Part shown: positions 28,349-36,410 of the stretch, in pieces
How the letters are laid out: every line of letters begins with the position of its first letter
Position numbering within the stretch: the stretch's first letter is position 1
Assembly: GCA_021775805.1 (NCBI GenBank)
Contig: JAJFHD010000011.1
Location: 110,887-174,886, forward strand
Direction of reading: 5' to 3'
DNA from: Alphaproteobacteria bacterium
GTDB lineage: Bacteria; Pseudomonadota; Alphaproteobacteria; Rhizobiales; JAJFHC01
Length of the DNA: 64,000 nucleotides
Notes under the pieces: generated by a model
Told to the model about the DNA's origin: nothing
The model's database searches: none
Seen by the model: only the letters and a program-made list of their open reading frames with translations
Translations under genes and position numbers: made by a program

Positions 28349-29770
28349 TCACTCGAAACTGTCATAGGCGGCAGGGCCATCGGACATCAGGCGGCTGAGC
28401 CGTTCAAAGCCCCGGCGAACATCGTCGAAATCGCGCGGCACGGAAAAGCCGATCCGCACATTGTGGTAGATCTTGTCATCCTGGCCAATCCTGAATTCAT
28501 CGGCACTGTCGATCAGAATGTCACGGTCGTAGGCCGCACTTTTGAAGGTGCCGGGCAGCCAGGGGTTGGGCAGGGCCAGCCACAGGAACGGGCTGTAAGG
28601 GTGCGATGTGAAAGTCTGCTTGGCAAAGATCTCCCTTGCCAGCGCTTCGCGCCGGGCGGTCTCTGCCTTGACCTTCTCGCGCAACTCACCCGCCTCACCG
28701 CTGAGCACCAGGCGTGAGGCGAGTTCGGCCAGAACGTAGGGCAGGCCGCCGGTCATCATCTTGTGTGCGGTGAACACCCGGTTCGTCATGTTGGGCGGAC
28801 AGGCGACCCAGCCACCGCGCGCGCCGGCGCTGACCGACTTGGAAAGGCCGCCCAGGTGAAATGTCTGGTCCGGGGCCAGTTCCGCTAGACACGGCAACGG
28901 TTCATCCAGGGAAGCGCCGTAGATGTTGTCTTCGATGATCCAGACATTATGCCGGTGCGCAATGTCGATGATCTTGCGGCGGCGGTCTTCCGGCATAATC
29001 GCCAGTGTCGGGTTCTGCAGCGAGGGAATGACCACGAGGACCTTGGGGTGCTGCTGGGCACAGACCCGTTCAAAGGAATCCGGATCGATGCCATATTCGT
29101 CGATTGTCACGGGGATCGGCCGCCTGCCCATAACGGCGACACTGCGGGCGATCGAACTGTAGGTCACGTTTTCGAAGGCAATCTTGTCGCCGGTAGCGGT
29201 TATGGCGGACACAACGGCAATCATGGCGGCGTGGACGCCAAGGGTGGGCACGACGCTTTCGGGTGACGGCGACCAGCTTCCCGATCTGAGCCAGGTACAA
29301 CCGGCCTCACGCCATGACGGCTTGATCCGGCGTGTGTAGTCCGCCGCCTCGTAGGGCTGTTGCGTGAAAATGTCATTCATGAGCCGCTGCAGGACAAGTG
29401 CCTGGCCGGTTTCGGCGGCGGCCGTCGTATCCAGCCGGAGTTTGTTGGGTGTCGACTCCTGCATGAACGGGTGAAAGATCGCGGGCGGGGCTTCGTCAGG
29501 ACCGGAGAACGGGGCCTCCGGCGTGCCGACATCCAGGATATAGGTGCCGCGTCCGACTTCGCCGGATACCAGCCCGCGCTGTCGTGCCAGGGCATAGGCT
29601 CTGCCGACGGTACCGATGGTAACGCCCAGATCGTAGGCGAGATCGCGCTGAGGCGGCAGTTTGTCGCCGGGTTTGAGGCGAAGAGTAGCGATGTCGGCTT
29701 CGACCGCGTCCGCGATGGCGATGTAACGCGGGAGGCGTTTCTGGGAAATCTGAGGCATCCAATTTGTCAT
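28349..29770 (-). CDS. MocR/GabR-family PLP-dependent GntR regulator
   Basis: PRYIAIAD...LKPGDKLPPQRDLA..LGV.GTV.RAY wHTH, plus an aminotransferase-like domain (QNPT, IIEDNIY, LSKS). Confidence 0.93.
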   Translation of the reverse strand: MTNWMPQISQKRLPRYIAIADAVEADIATLRLKPGDKLPPQRDLAYDLGVTIGTVGRAYALARQRGLVSGEVGRGTYILDVGTPEAPFSGPDEAPPAIFHPFMQESTPNKLRLDTTAAAETGQALVLQRLMNDIFTQQPYEAADYTRRIKPSWREAGCTWLRSGSWSPSPESVVPTLGVHAAMIAVVSAITATGDKIAFENVTYSSIARSVAVMGRRPIPVTIDEYGIDPDSFERVCAQQHPKVLVVIPSLQNPTLAIMPEDRRRKIIDIAHRHNVWIIEDNIYGASLDEPLPCLAELAPDQTFHLGGLSKSVSAGARGGWVACPPNMTNRVFTAHKMMTGGLPYVLAELASRLVLSGEAGELREKVKAETARREALAREIFAKQTFTSHPYSPFLWLALPNPWLPGTFKSAAYDRDILIDSADEFRIGQDDKIYHNVRIGFSVPRDFDDVRRGFERLSRLMSDGPAAYDSFE

Positions 29771-29863
29771 GGTGACAATGTTATCCTTGATTCATTGATT
29801 GTGTCAATTCATATAGTCAATCGTCTAGTCAATGATGACAATTTGAATGCAGGAGACGCTACA

Positions 29864-30106
29864 ATGAATACAATCAGAACGCAAATCCCGTCGACGGGAC
29901 CATCGTACAATGCAAGTTCCCCGGTATTTGCCACGATTGCATCGATTGTCACACTTGTGGTGGCCTTCGGGCACAAATTGATGGGCCTAGCCGACAAACA
30001 ACGCAGCCGTCGTGCGCTCTTGCGCCTGACCGACCAGCAGCTTGCCGATATCGGCATCAATCGGTTCCAAGCGGAACGGGAATCATCCCAGCCCTTCTGG
30101 AGGTAG
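29864..30106 (+). CDS. DUF1127 (YjiS-like) small protein
   Basis: RSRRALLRLTDQQLADIGINR..A..E..QPFWR. AGGAG RBS; divergent from MocR, as is typical. Confidence 0.88.
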   Translation: MNTIRTQIPSTGPSYNASSPVFATIASIVTLVVAFGHKLMGLADKQRSRRALLRLTDQQLADIGINRFQAERESSQPFWR

Positions 30107-30164
30107 CTCACAAGAGTGCCGTGCCCGATTGCAGCATGGCCACCAGCTTCAAGTCCCTCACCTT

Positions 30165-30198
30165 CCCCGCCGGCGTCCCACCGGCGGGGTCTTTTTTT
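30165..30198 (+). terminator. Rho-independent terminator
   Basis: CCCCGCCGG-cgtccca-CCGGCGGGG stem followed by TCTTTTTTT. Confidence 0.85.
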
Positions 30199-30323
30199 GT
30201 CACAACGTGTCGCCGTTGCCCAAGCCGGGCGCGGATTTTTGTGAGAATTGAGGACAATCGAATTGATATTCGGTTGAGGCGTGCGCAGAGTGTGGCGCGG
30301 GAGTTCAAGGGGAGAGGTTTTGA

Positions 30324-31220
30324 ATGGCAACGTTGAAGGAAAAACTTGCGCGCGGCGATTTCGTGGTGACGGCGGAGATCACGCCGCCCCTGTCGGCTTC
30401 GGCGGACGTGCTGCTGGCACGCGCGGAACCTTTGAAGGGTCTGGCCGATGCCGTCAATGTGACCGACGCGCCCAGTGCCAAGGCGACCATGGCCAGCCAG
30501 GCGTCAGCAGCCATCCTGGCGGCAAACGGTATCGAGCCTGTTCTGCAGTTCACCTGCCGGGACAGAAACCGGATTGCCCTTGCCGGCGACCTTCTGGGGG
30601 CGGCCGCCCAGGGCATCCAGAACCTGCTGATCCTGCACGGCGACGATCCCAAGGGCGGCGACATGCCGGACGCCAAACCGGTCTACGAGCTTGATTCACG
30701 CGGGCTCATGACCCTGGCCCGCGACATGGGCGAAAAGGGGACCCTGCCGTCAGGGCGCGAAATCAAGCCAGCGCCGGATTTTTTCATCGCCTGCGCGGAT
30801 GCGCCGATGGACCCGGCCGATGACTGGGAACCCAAGGGGCTTGCGGGCAAGATCGACGCCGGCGCCCAGTTCGCCCAGACCCAGTTCTGCTATGATCTGG
30901 GTATTGCCGAACGCTATTTTGCCCGTCTTCGGGAGCACGGCATAACAGATCGGATCAAGTTCATTGTCGGTATAGGTCCGCTGCTGTCGGCAAAGCAGGC
31001 CCGTTTCATGGATGAGAATCTTTTCGGTGTAACGGTGCCGGCGCACATTCTCGACAGACTCGACAAGGCCGACGACCAGAAGGCCGAAGGCCGGGCGATC
31101 TGTGTCGAGCTGATCAAGGGCCTGAAAGAGATCGATGGAGTTTCAGGGGTTCACATCATGGCGCCGATGCAGTCGGCCACAGCGATTGCCGAGACAATCG
31201 AAATGACGGGCCTGAAGTAA
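30324..31220 (+). CDS. Methylenetetrahydrofolate reductase (MetF)-family protein
   Basis: VTAEITPP, NVTD, LQFTCRDRNRIAL, L.GD, KIDAGAQFAQTQ, GVHIM. Confidence 0.9.
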   Translation: MATLKEKLARGDFVVTAEITPPLSASADVLLARAEPLKGLADAVNVTDAPSAKATMASQASAAILAANGIEPVLQFTCRDRNRIALAGDLLGAAAQGIQNLLILHGDDPKGGDMPDAKPVYELDSRGLMTLARDMGEKGTLPSGREIKPAPDFFIACADAPMDPADDWEPKGLAGKIDAGAQFAQTQFCYDLGIAERYFARLREHGITDRIKFIVGIGPLLSAKQARFMDENLFGVTVPAHILDRLDKADDQKAEGRAICVELIKGLKEIDGVSGVHIMAPMQSATAIAETIEMTGLK

Positions 31221-31389
31221 GCAGACAAAATTCACAAATTTTGCTGCCGTCGCGCACGGACGCGTGGACCTGCCCCGAAGTCTCGTTTGATCGCCGCGGG
31301 CACGCGCGTGCGTCGGATCACGCGTCGCTTGTCCGGAATAAAGTTCCTTTGGCTGAGCCTGGCCGATCAAGCCGTCAGCCGGGATGATA

Positions 31390-32415
31390 TCATCGGGATA
31401 TCGCCGATTCCCGGGTCGCGGGGTCTGTTTCGATCGCTCGCCCGGCAAGGATCTTTGTGTCCTCGATGATCTCGCCGACCAGATGCTCGCGCCGGTAGGC
31501 CATGATGTGGACGCCGGCAACGCCTTCGATTTCCCTGATCTGCTCGATCAGGTCGACGCAGAGTTTTTTACCCTCGAGGCCCGGCTTTTCAGCGCGCTCC
31601 ATGCGGTCGATGATATCGTCGGGAATGTGGATGCCGGGCACGTTGGCGCGCATCCAGCGGGCGGCCTTGGCCGATGCCAAGGGACCGACGCCCGGCAGGA
31701 TAAAGACCTTTTCGTGAAGACCCAGATCACGTACGCGTTTCATGAACTCGCGAAACACCTCGATGTTGTAGACATAGTTGGTCTGGATGAAGTCGGCGCC
31801 GGCGGCGACCTTCTTGGCTACGCGATCTGCGCGGAACTGCAGGGGCGGGATGCACGGGTTGGCCGCCGCTCCCAGAAATATGTTGGGCGGTGTCGAGAGC
31901 TTTCGGCCCGACAGGAACGTGCCGTCGTCGCGCATGGTCTTCAGGGTGCGGAGCAGGGACACGGCATCAAAATCGAATACCGGCTTGGCACCCGGCTGGT
32001 CGCCGACCGCAACACCGTCGCCGGTCAGGCACAGCACATTGCCGACGCCCATCGATGCGCCGCCAAGGACGTCGCCCTGGATGGCGATGCGGTTACGGTC
32101 CCGGCACGAGATCTGCAGGACGGTTCCCAGGCCATAGCGCGACAGAATCGAACAGATGCCCATGGACGACATGTGGCAGTTGGCGCCAGAGGCGTCGGTT
32201 GCGTTGATGGCGTCGGTGACGTCCTTCAGGGGTTCGGCGGCGGCGAGCACGTCACGGGGGTCGGCGGAGTCCGGCGGGTTGAGTTCAGCGGTCACCGCGA
32301 ACCAGCCCTTGCGCAACGTGCGTTCCAGGATCGATGCCGACTTGTGGCCCTCGGGCGGCGTTGGTAACGGCATCTCGATGGGATCGTAGGGATCGAGATC
32401 ATGAAGCTTGATCAT
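31390..32415 (-). CDS. Second MetF-family methylenetetrahydrofolate reductase
   Basis: VTAELNPP, NATD, LQISCRDRNRIA, CLTGD, KKVAAGADFIQTN, GVHIM. Confidence 0.9.
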   Translation of the reverse strand: MIKLHDLDPYDPIEMPLPTPPEGHKSASILERTLRKGWFAVTAELNPPDSADPRDVLAAAEPLKDVTDAINATDASGANCHMSSMGICSILSRYGLGTVLQISCRDRNRIAIQGDVLGGASMGVGNVLCLTGDGVAVGDQPGAKPVFDFDAVSLLRTLKTMRDDGTFLSGRKLSTPPNIFLGAAANPCIPPLQFRADRVAKKVAAGADFIQTNYVYNIEVFREFMKRVRDLGLHEKVFILPGVGPLASAKAARWMRANVPGIHIPDDIIDRMERAEKPGLEGKKLCVDLIEQIREIEGVAGVHIMAYRREHLVGEIIEDTKILAGRAIETDPATRESAISR

Positions 32416-33050
32416 TTTGCCTGCTCCCCGTCTTCGGTGGCGGTGAATTTTGACGAGCGCTCTCCAACCACATGATCGGCAAGCGCCGCGCTGGGCTCTT
32501 CCGCGATCGGGGCGGCGGTCGGTTCGATGCCGCGGGCCTTTGAGAAGGCTCTTGCCAGAGCAAACCGCGATTTCTCGCCGGACTGCTTCATCTGGCGTTT
32601 TTCAGCGGCTATTTCTCGAGCGACCCTGAGCCAGCTGGATGAGCCTTCGATCGACCGGTCCACGGGGGGTTGCACCACCGCAATGCGGTCGAGGCCGTCT
32701 TTCATGCGCGTCGCACCATCCCAGGCTTCGACCCAGGCGCATCGCATCCAGGGTTTGACCTCGCAATTGCCATCTTCACGAACACCGCCGCACGGACCGT
32801 TGCGCAGATTCTTCGGGCAGTTCATGGGACATGACATGCCGGTGGACGACAGCACGCACTGGCCGCACATCTTGCAGTCGAAGAGCAGGCCCTTGACACC
32901 GCTCTCGACCACCGACATCGGCTTTTCCAGTCGCTCGTAACCGATCTTCTGAAAGACCGGGTCCATGGCAACCATGCTTGCCTCGAAAACCTGATAGATC
33001 TTCTGGAAAGCACGGGAGTGCCGGACGGCAAACAGTCGCAAGGCATACAT
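32412..33050 (-). CDS. MTHFR C-terminal-domain / MetV-like Cys-rich protein
   Basis: CKMCGQC...CPMNCPKNLRNGPCGG...CEV....CAW. The stop overlaps the metF-like start. Confidence 0.88.
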   Translation of the reverse strand: MYALRLFAVRHSRAFQKIYQVFEASMVAMDPVFQKIGYERLEKPMSVVESGVKGLLFDCKMCGQCVLSSTGMSCPMNCPKNLRNGPCGGVREDGNCEVKPWMRCAWVEAWDGATRMKDGLDRIAVVQPPVDRSIEGSSSWLRVAREIAAEKRQMKQSGEKSRFALARAFSKARGIEPTAAPIAEEPSAALADHVVGERSSKFTATEDGEQAK

Positions 33051-33301
33051 TTGTCTGGTCCATTCCAGGTCAGTGTCGCGAACGTTGCGTTCGCTAAGCC
33101 AAAACCGAAAAATCAGTCTCAGTGTTTATTGATGCAAACAAGGCCAAATCTGATGCACACAAGCGACATTTGATGAAACGGAGACGCCCTTCCTGCAGAA
33201 ATAGGAAGTCTGGCGGGGGTTTGTTTTTCAGCCTATGGACAAAATCGCCGGCCGGCTTCAGAGTCGACCTGTCTTGCGGCACAGATATTTGGAGATCACC
33301 C

Positions 33302-35353
33302 GTGGAAGCAAAGTCAGTCAAGGCGTCAAAGGATCCGTTGCTGCAACCGTTTCAACTCAAGGGCCTGACGATAAAGAACAGGATCGTCAGCACGCCGCAT
33401 GCGCCGTCCTACGCGGAAGACGGCATGCCGAAGGAACGCTACCAGCTCTACCATGAGGAAAAGGCCCGTGGCGGCATCGGCATGACCATGTTCGGCGGTT
33501 CGTCTTGTGTCGGACCGGATTCGCCGTCGGTGTTCGGCCAGCTCAATGTCGGTGTCGACGAGATTATTCCCTATCTCCAAGGGTTTTCCGATCGGGTACA
33601 TGCTCATGACTGTCGCCTGATGTGCCAGATTTCGCACCTGGGCCGGCGGACCACCTGGAATGTGGCCGACTGGCTGCCGATCGTGGCGCCATCGCGTGTC
33701 CGGGAACCGGCCCACCGGGGGTTTCCCAAGGAAATGGATGCCGCGGATATCAAGCGGGTGATCGGCTATTACGCAGCGGCCGCCGTGCGCTGCAAGGAAG
33801 GTGGGCTTGACGGTATCGAGATCCTGCAGAACGGTCATCTGCCGGGCCAGTTCCTGTCGCCGGACACCAACCTTCGCACCGATGGTTACGGCGGCTCGCT
33901 GGCCAACCGTGCCCGGTTCATGCTCGAAATCTACGATGCGGTCCGCGAAGCCGTCGGCAGCGCGTTCATCGTCGGCGCCCGGGTCGAGATGGACAGCAAG
34001 CTCAAGGACGGCCTCCAGCCCGACGAGTCTCTCGAGTCGCTGCGCATGGTGGAGGCCGGCGGCTGCATAGATTTTTTCAACATGAATGTGGGGCGTTCCG
34101 ATACGGAGTACATGCTGGCCAACTATGCCGTGCCGGCGATGTTCCAGAAACTGGCGCCGTGGCTGCAACTGGCCGGCAAGTTCAAGCAGGAACTCAAGCT
34201 ACCGGTCATTCACGCCACAAGGATATCGGATCTGGCGACGGCGCGTTATGCAGTCGAGGAGGGGCTGCTCGATCTGGTCGGCATGACGCGCGCGCATATC
34301 GCGGACCCACATCTGGTCAACAAGATGACTGCCGGTGACGAGCATCGAATCCGCCCTTGTGTCGGTGCGGGATACTGCATCGACCGGATCTACGGCGAAG
34401 GCGAAGCGTTGTGCGCCCACAATGTGGCGACGGGTCGTGAGAAGACCGTGGCACAGGCAATTTCGCCGTCGGAATCGCCCGGCCGCAAGATCGTGGTCGT
34501 CGGCGGCGGCCCGGCCGGCCTGGAGGCTGCAAGGGTGTCGGCGGAACGCGGGCACAAAGTGGTGCTGTTCGAGGCCAACAGCGAGCTGGGCGGGCAGGTC
34601 AGGCTGGCGGCACAGGCGGCTGCGCGCAAGGATCTGATCGGGATTACCGACTGGCTGTCAGCGGAAGTCGACCATCTGGGCATCGATGTGCGCTGGAACA
34701 GCTTTGCCGATGCCTCAGATGTGCTTGCCGAACAGCCCGATGTGGTCATCGTTGCAACCGGCGGCCTGCCGGATACGGAAATTGTCGACGGCGCTGAACC
34801 GTGCCTCAGCACGTGGGATGTGCTGGGCGGCACGAAGCTCTCCGGCAAGGTCCTGGTCTACGACGACCACGGCCAGCACCAGGCGGCATCCGCGGTCGAC
34901 CACATTGCGGGAGACGGCATCGAACTGGAGCTCATGACGCCTGACCGTCATGCGTGCGCGGAAATGGGGTCGTCCAATTTTCCGATGTATCTCCAGCGTT
35001 TCCATGAAAAGGGGGTCACGGTGACACCCGATCATCGGATGATCCGGGTCGAACGATCGGGAAACCAGCTCAAGGCGGTTTTTGAAAACGATTACGGCGG
35101 ACGTCAGATAGAACGGACGGTCGATCACATCGTGGTCGAGCACGGCACGGTGCCGCTGGACGATCTGTTCCAGGAGTTGCGTGAGGGATCTTCCAATAAT
35201 GGAGATCTGGACTACGAGCTGCTGCTTGCGGGAAAACCACAGCCCTCAGCGCCACAGGGCGGCTACGCGCTCTTCCGGGTCGGCGATGCGGTCGCAAGCC
35301 GGAACATTCATGCGGCGATCCTCGATTCCAGAAGGCTGTGTCAGTATTTGTGA
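33302..35353 (+). CDS. OYE-family NADH:flavin oxidoreductase (N-methylproline/dimethylglycine demethylase-like, StcD/DgcA group)
   Basis: KNRIVSTPH.P.Y.EDGMPKERYQLYHEEKARGG, QISHLGRR, N.RTD.YGGSL.NR, RPCVGAGYCID...C.HN, GGGPAGLEAAR. GTG start at 33302 follows GGAG. Confidence 0.88.
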   Translation: MEAKSVKASKDPLLQPFQLKGLTIKNRIVSTPHAPSYAEDGMPKERYQLYHEEKARGGIGMTMFGGSSCVGPDSPSVFGQLNVGVDEIIPYLQGFSDRVHAHDCRLMCQISHLGRRTTWNVADWLPIVAPSRVREPAHRGFPKEMDAADIKRVIGYYAAAAVRCKEGGLDGIEILQNGHLPGQFLSPDTNLRTDGYGGSLANRARFMLEIYDAVREAVGSAFIVGARVEMDSKLKDGLQPDESLESLRMVEAGGCIDFFNMNVGRSDTEYMLANYAVPAMFQKLAPWLQLAGKFKQELKLPVIHATRISDLATARYAVEEGLLDLVGMTRAHIADPHLVNKMTAGDEHRIRPCVGAGYCIDRIYGEGEALCAHNVATGREKTVAQAISPSESPGRKIVVVGGGPAGLEAARVSAERGHKVVLFEANSELGGQVRLAAQAAARKDLIGITDWLSAEVDHLGIDVRWNSFADASDVLAEQPDVVIVATGGLPDTEIVDGAEPCLSTWDVLGGTKLSGKVLVYDDHGQHQAASAVDHIAGDGIELELMTPDRHACAEMGSSNFPMYLQRFHEKGVTVTPDHRMIRVERSGNQLKAVFENDYGGRQIERTVDHIVVEHGTVPLDDLFQELREGSSNNGDLDYELLLAGKPQPSAPQGGYALFRVGDAVASRNIHAAILDSRRLCQYL

Positions 35354-35367
35354 ATTGGCCACTCTTT

Positions 35368-35455
35368 CCGTTTCCCGGACTCGATCCGGGATCCAATTTT
35401 CGCGCCGCGGTCTGAAGCGGTTGCGAGTAGGCACCGGGTCGAGCCCGGTGAACGG
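35368..35455. repeat. REP-like intergenic palindromic repeat, copy 2
   Basis: CCGTTTCCCGGACTCGATCCGGGATCCA...TAGGCACCGGGTCGAGCCCGGTGAACGG: two hairpins with inverted termini, between convergent genes. Confidence 0.72.
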
Positions 35456-35456
35456 T

Positions 35457-36410
35457 TTATCTCGTCAAACCACAGGCCTCGAATGCCGCCCGAGTGGTGG
35501 CTCGTTCTTCTCCGGTGAGCTGCAGCAGGGGACGTCTTACCGGACCGCCGACCTGGCCCAGCAGGTCCTGCCAGTATTTCTGATGGGCCTGGGGCTTGCC
35601 GCCCGGGCGGGTGGCTTTCAGCGCGTCGCGGACCGGGTCGAGGCTGGCGCTTACCGCGCGCGCTCTTTCGACATTGCCGGCCAGCGCCAGGTCGGTGTAT
35701 TCGCGCATGCGCTGGTCGGCTTTTGTCTGCAGCAGATAGGGTGGGGTTGAGCACAGATAGAGCTGCCAGCCGAGCTCGACGATGTTGTCGAGCCATTCGT
35801 GTTCGGCCGCCGTGCTGACGAGAATCCGGTCGCCGGCCAGCTTTGTGAGTTCGGCATACATGTCGCGGGGTACGCTGTACTTGATGGCGACAATGTTGGG
35901 CAGATCGGCGACGCGCGAGCACAGTTCCGGACTCATGAGATAGCCGCTGTCGGGATGGCTCCACATGGCGATGCCGATGTCGACCTGCTCGGAGATATGG
36001 CGATAATACTCATAGACCGTGTCGTCGACGTCGGACAGGAAATGCAGGATCGGGGCGTGGACGACGATGTAGTCGGCGCCGATGTTCTGGGCGTGGCGGG
36101 CGAGGTCGATGACCGTGTCCAGGTTCTGGTCGGAGCATGACATGATCGTACCGGAGGCATCGCCGGTTTCTTCCACGGCAATCTCGAAGGTGCGTTTGCG
36201 TTCTTCGATCGACATGGAAAAGAATTCGCCCTGCTTGCCGGAGATGAACAGGCCGTCGAGTTTCAGGTCGTCGATCCAGTGCCGAATGTTGGCGCGAAAG
36301 CCGTCCTCATCGATTGTGAGGTCGGGATTGAACGGTGTCAGAGCGGCCGCCCAGATGCCCTTCATGTTTCGTCGCGAGTAGGCCTTGGCGTCCGGTTTGC
36401 TGTACTTCAT
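35457..36410 (-). CDS. Dihydrodipicolinate synthase (DapA/NAL)-family aldolase
   Basis: ALTPF, G..GEF.SMS.EERK, PNIVAIKYS (Schiff-base Lys). The GTTGE motif is altered to GKQGE, so this is not a true DapA. Confidence 0.85.
   Translation of the reverse strand: MKYSKPDAKAYSRRNMKGIWAAALTPFNPDLTIDEDGFRANIRHWIDDLKLDGLFISGKQGEFFSMSIEERKRTFEIAVEETGDASGTIMSCSDQNLDTVIDLARHAQNIGADYIVVHAPILHFLSDVDDTVYEYYRHISEQVDIGIAMWSHPDSGYLMSPELCSRVADLPNIVAIKYSVPRDMYAELTKLAGDRILVSTAAEHEWLDNIVELGWQLYLCSTPPYLLQTKADQRMREYTDLALAGNVERARAVSASLDPVRDALKATRPGGKPQAHQKYWQDLLGQVGGPVRRPLLQLTGEERATTRAAFEACGLTR

Noticed and set aside
28349-29770. Calling this MocR regulator EnuR of the eut genes
   Set aside because: It is ~27 kb away and paired with DUF1127, a common unrelated arrangement. 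No clear matching operator was seen before eutB.
30199-30323. SAM riboswitch upstream of the metF-like gene (also checked upstream of 61339)
   Set aside because: No SAM-II or SAM-SAH consensus could be matched by eye.
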